A DNA stretch of 1,031 bases, taken from the NCBI RefSeq assembly GCF_003334355.1, contig NZ_QOWP01000098.1; one strand, given 5' to 3'. The DNA comes from Escherichia coli. Lineage in GTDB: Bacteria; Pseudomonadota; Gammaproteobacteria; Enterobacterales; Enterobacteriaceae. The notes below the pieces were generated by a model that had not been told where the DNA came from, did no database searches, and worked only from the letters and a program-made list of their open reading frames with translations. How positions within the stretch are numbered: position 1 is the first letter of the stretch; every line of letters starts with the position of its first letter. The position numbers and the translations under genes are program-made. Shown here piece by piece: positions 1 through 1,031 of the stretch.

Positions 1-120
1 ATTGGTGCCCCCACCGGCGTGGCCTGTTCGGTGTGCCCCGGCGGAGTGACGTCCGGCCATCCGGTCAATCCCCTGCTCGGTGCAAAGGTCCTTCCCGGTG
101 AAACCGACATCGCCCTGCCC
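1..120 (+). other. C-terminal part of a PAAR-like domain (PAAR_RHS type) within the Rhs CDS; domain boundary approximate
   Basis: The segment IGAPTGVACSVCPGGVTSGHPVNPLLGAKVLPGETD has two Cys and one His in a Gly/Pro-rich context, consistent with the metal-binding cone of PAAR domains. It resembles the region just after the N-terminal PAAR motif of E. coli Rhs proteins. The start of the domain and of the gene should lie roughly 100 nt upstream of the window. Confidence 0.55.
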
Positions 121-1031
121 GCCCCGCTGCCGTTCATCCTCTCCCGCACCTACAGCAGTTACCGGACAAAAACGCCCGCGCCGGTGGGGAGCCTCGGCCC
201 CGGCTGGAAAATGCCTGCGGATATCCGCTTACAGCTGCGCGATAACACACTGATACTCAGTGATAACGGCGGCAGAAGCCTGTATTTTGAGCACCTGTTT
301 CCCGGTGAGGACGGTTACAGCCGCAGCGAGTCACTGTGGCTGGTGCGCGGCGGCGTCCTGAGACTGGATGAAGGTCACCGGCTGGCCGCACTCTGGCAGG
401 CGCTGCCGGAAGAACTCCGCTTAAGTCCGCATCGTTATCTGGCGACAAACAGTCCGCAGGGGCCGTGGTGGCTGCTCGGCTGGTGTGAGCGGGTGCCGGA
501 AGCGGATGAGGTGCTGCCTGCGCCGCTGCCGCCGTACCGGGTACTGACCGGGCTGGTGGACCGCTTCGGGCGCACACAGACGTTCCACCGCGAAGCCGCC
601 GGTGAATTCAGCGGCGAAATCACCGGCGTGACGGATGGTGCCGGGCGTCACTTCCGGCTGGTACTGACCACGCAGGCGCAGCGGGCAGAAGAAGCCCGGC
701 AGCAGGCCATTTCCGGCGGGACGGAACCGTCCGCTTTTCCTGATACCCTGCCGGGTTACACCGAATATGGCCGGGACAACGGCATCCGTCTGTCTGCCGT
801 GTGGCTGACGCACGACCCGGAATACCCGGAGAATTTACCTGCCGCGCCGCTGGTGCGCTATGGCTGGACGCCACGCGGCGAACTGGCGGTGGTGTATGAC
901 CGTAGTGGCAAACAGGTGCGCAGCTTTACTTACGATGATAAATACCGGGGCCGGATGGTGGCGCACCGTCACACGGGCCGGCCGGAAATCCGTTACCGTT
1001 ACGACAGCGACGGGCGGGTGACAGAACAGCT
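1..1031 (+). CDS. Rhs-family protein (PAAR-linked polymorphic toxin, probable T6SS effector), N-terminal region; partial CDS open at both ends, codon phase starts at nt 1
   Basis: Frame +1 is open for all 343 codons, which is very unlikely by chance over 1 kb. The translation carries hallmark Rhs N-terminal stretches (GAPTGVACSVCPGG, NPLLGAKVLPGETD, LPFILSRTYSSYRTKTPAPVG, GPWWLLGWCERVP, LPAPLPPYRVLTG, GEITGVTDGAGRHFRLVLTTQAQRAEEAR) and ends in YD-repeat motifs (RYRYDSDGRV). Codon usage (ctg, ccg, gcg, ggc) fits Enterobacteriaceae. The family is recognised from memory of E. coli Rhs proteins; the paralog (rhsA/B/C/D-like) cannot be assigned without a search. Confidence 0.9.
   Translation, partial: MGAPTGVACSVCPGGVTSGHPVNPLLGAKVLPGETDIALPAPLPFILSRTYSSYRTKTPAPVGSLGPGWKMPADIRLQLRDNTLILSDNGGRSLYFEHLFPGEDGYSRSESLWLVRGGVLRLDEGHRLAALWQALPEELRLSPHRYLATNSPQGPWWLLGWCERVPEADEVLPAPLPPYRVLTGLVDRFGRTQTFHREAAGEFSGEITGVTDGAGRHFRLVLTTQAQRAEEARQQAISGGTEPSAFPDTLPGYTEYGRDNGIRLSAVWLTHDPEYPENLPAAPLVRYGWTPRGELAVVYDRSGKQVRSFTYDDKYRGRMVAHRHTGRPEIRYRYDSDGRVTEQ
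880..939 (+). other. YD-repeat-like motif within the Rhs CDS (ELAVVYDRSGKQVRSFTYDD)
   Basis: YD dipeptides followed by R/G-rich turns fit the beta-hairpin YD/RHS repeat pattern. This is a protein-level repeat, not a DNA repeat. Confidence 0.5.
976..1031 (+). other. Canonical RHS/YD repeat within the Rhs CDS (GRPEIRYRYDSDGRVTEQ)
   Basis: RYRYDSDGRV matches the RHS repeat consensus RxxYxYDxxGR(L/V). This marks the start of the repeat shell that continues beyond the window. Confidence 0.7.

Noticed and set aside
211-213. First in-frame ATG (Met at codon 71) as a possible start codon of the + strand gene
   Set aside because: The frame is open and shows conserved Rhs/PAAR-like sequence for 70 codons upstream of it, and no purine-rich RBS precedes it (upstream is ggccccggctggaaa). 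The true start must be upstream of the window.
540-669. 10-bp direct repeat ggtactgacc at 540-549 and 660-669
   Set aside because: It is short, sits inside the coding frame and encodes a similar tripeptide (VLT) at both sites. A 10-mer recurring in 1 kb of compositionally biased coding sequence is not strong evidence for a mobile-element target duplication or a regulatory repeat.
257-874. Four minus-strand ORFs from the supplied track (257-577, 421-813, 435-623, 620-874; 62-130 aa)
   Set aside because: They overlap one another in different frames and lie entirely antisense to a 343-codon open frame with clear Rhs homology. Their translations are low-complexity Arg/Pro/Ala/Gly-rich strings typical of antisense reading of GC-rich coding DNA. 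No recognisable domain signature is visible.
1-1031. CRISPR array, tRNA/rRNA, IS element ends, promoter or terminator
   Set aside because: There are no regularly spaced repeats, no cloverleaf-like or rRNA-like segments, no inverted terminal repeats, and no intergenic space; the whole window is coding. No stem-loop followed by a T-tract is apparent.
1-1031. A previously undescribed system within this window
   Set aside because: The sequence is the well-known conserved N-terminal region of Rhs proteins. Novelty, if any, would be in the C-terminal toxin and immunity genes outside the window, and claiming it here would be unsupported.

Overview
The whole 1031-bp window is one uninterrupted + strand reading frame (frame 1, 343 codons, no stop) that runs off both ends. 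Its translation (IGAPTGVACSVCPGG...LPFILSRTYSSYRTKTPAPVG...GPWWLLGWCERVPEADEVLPAPLPPYRVLTG...RYRYDSDGRVTEQ) is recognisable as the N-terminal region of an enterobacterial Rhs-family protein, a PAAR-linked polymorphic toxin usually delivered by the type VI secretion system. The 5' end looks like the tail of the PAAR-like domain, and the 3' end shows the first YD/RHS repeat motifs. No start codon, stop codon, RNA gene, CRISPR array, IS end or intergenic regulatory region is visible. The four minus-strand ORFs in the supplied track are antisense shadow ORFs of this GC-rich gene. The part of an Rhs locus that could be novel (variable C-terminal toxin tip and immunity gene) would lie about 3 kb downstream, outside the window. 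What is visible here is the conserved core, so I do not claim a new system from this window.
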